In this document: piece after piece, positions 64,000-64,000 of the stretch
Layout of the letters: every line of letters begins with the position of its first letter
How positions within the stretch are numbered: position 1 is the stretch's first letter
Source of the DNA: Eledone cirrhosa
Taxonomy: Eukaryota
Direction: 5' to 3'
Length of the DNA stretch: 64,000 nt
Assembly (NCBI GenBank): GCA_964016885.1
Contig: OZ024740.1
Location: forward strand, 261,950,001-262,014,000
The notes under the pieces: model-generated
Databases searched by the model: none
What the model was told of the DNA's origin: nothing
What the model saw: only the letters and a program-made list of their open reading frames with translations
Made by a program: the position numbers and the translations under genes

Positions 64000-64000
64000 A

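Overview
Eukaryotic, AT-rich, microsatellite-dense genomic DNA made almost entirely of retroelements. The SINE style and repeat landscape suggest an octopod cephalopod (inference only). Contents: (1) R4/Dong-clade non-LTR elements (RT plus restriction-like endonuclease) inserted in (AAT)n, including one copy with an intact 1130-aa ORF at 12836-16228. (2) L1/Tx1-clade elements (ORF1 zinc knuckle; ORF2 APE-RT-zf) in the same microsatellite but always on the opposite strand, giving a ~14-kb alternating Dong/Tx1 array at 3.3-17.4 kb. (3) About 15 copies of a tRNA-derived SINE whose 3' end resembles the Tx1 3' end and which chains with Tx1 copies, plus a second tRNA-SINE family. (4) Three Penelope-like GIY-YIG fragments and many short, often palindromic 'tail-out' elements at (TA)n tracts, several carrying hand-foldable minimal type-I hammerhead ribozymes. 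Only one candidate host exon is seen, at the right edge on the minus strand. Most ORFs in the supplied track are microsatellite or antisense artefacts. All alignments and folds were done by eye, so boundaries are approximate.
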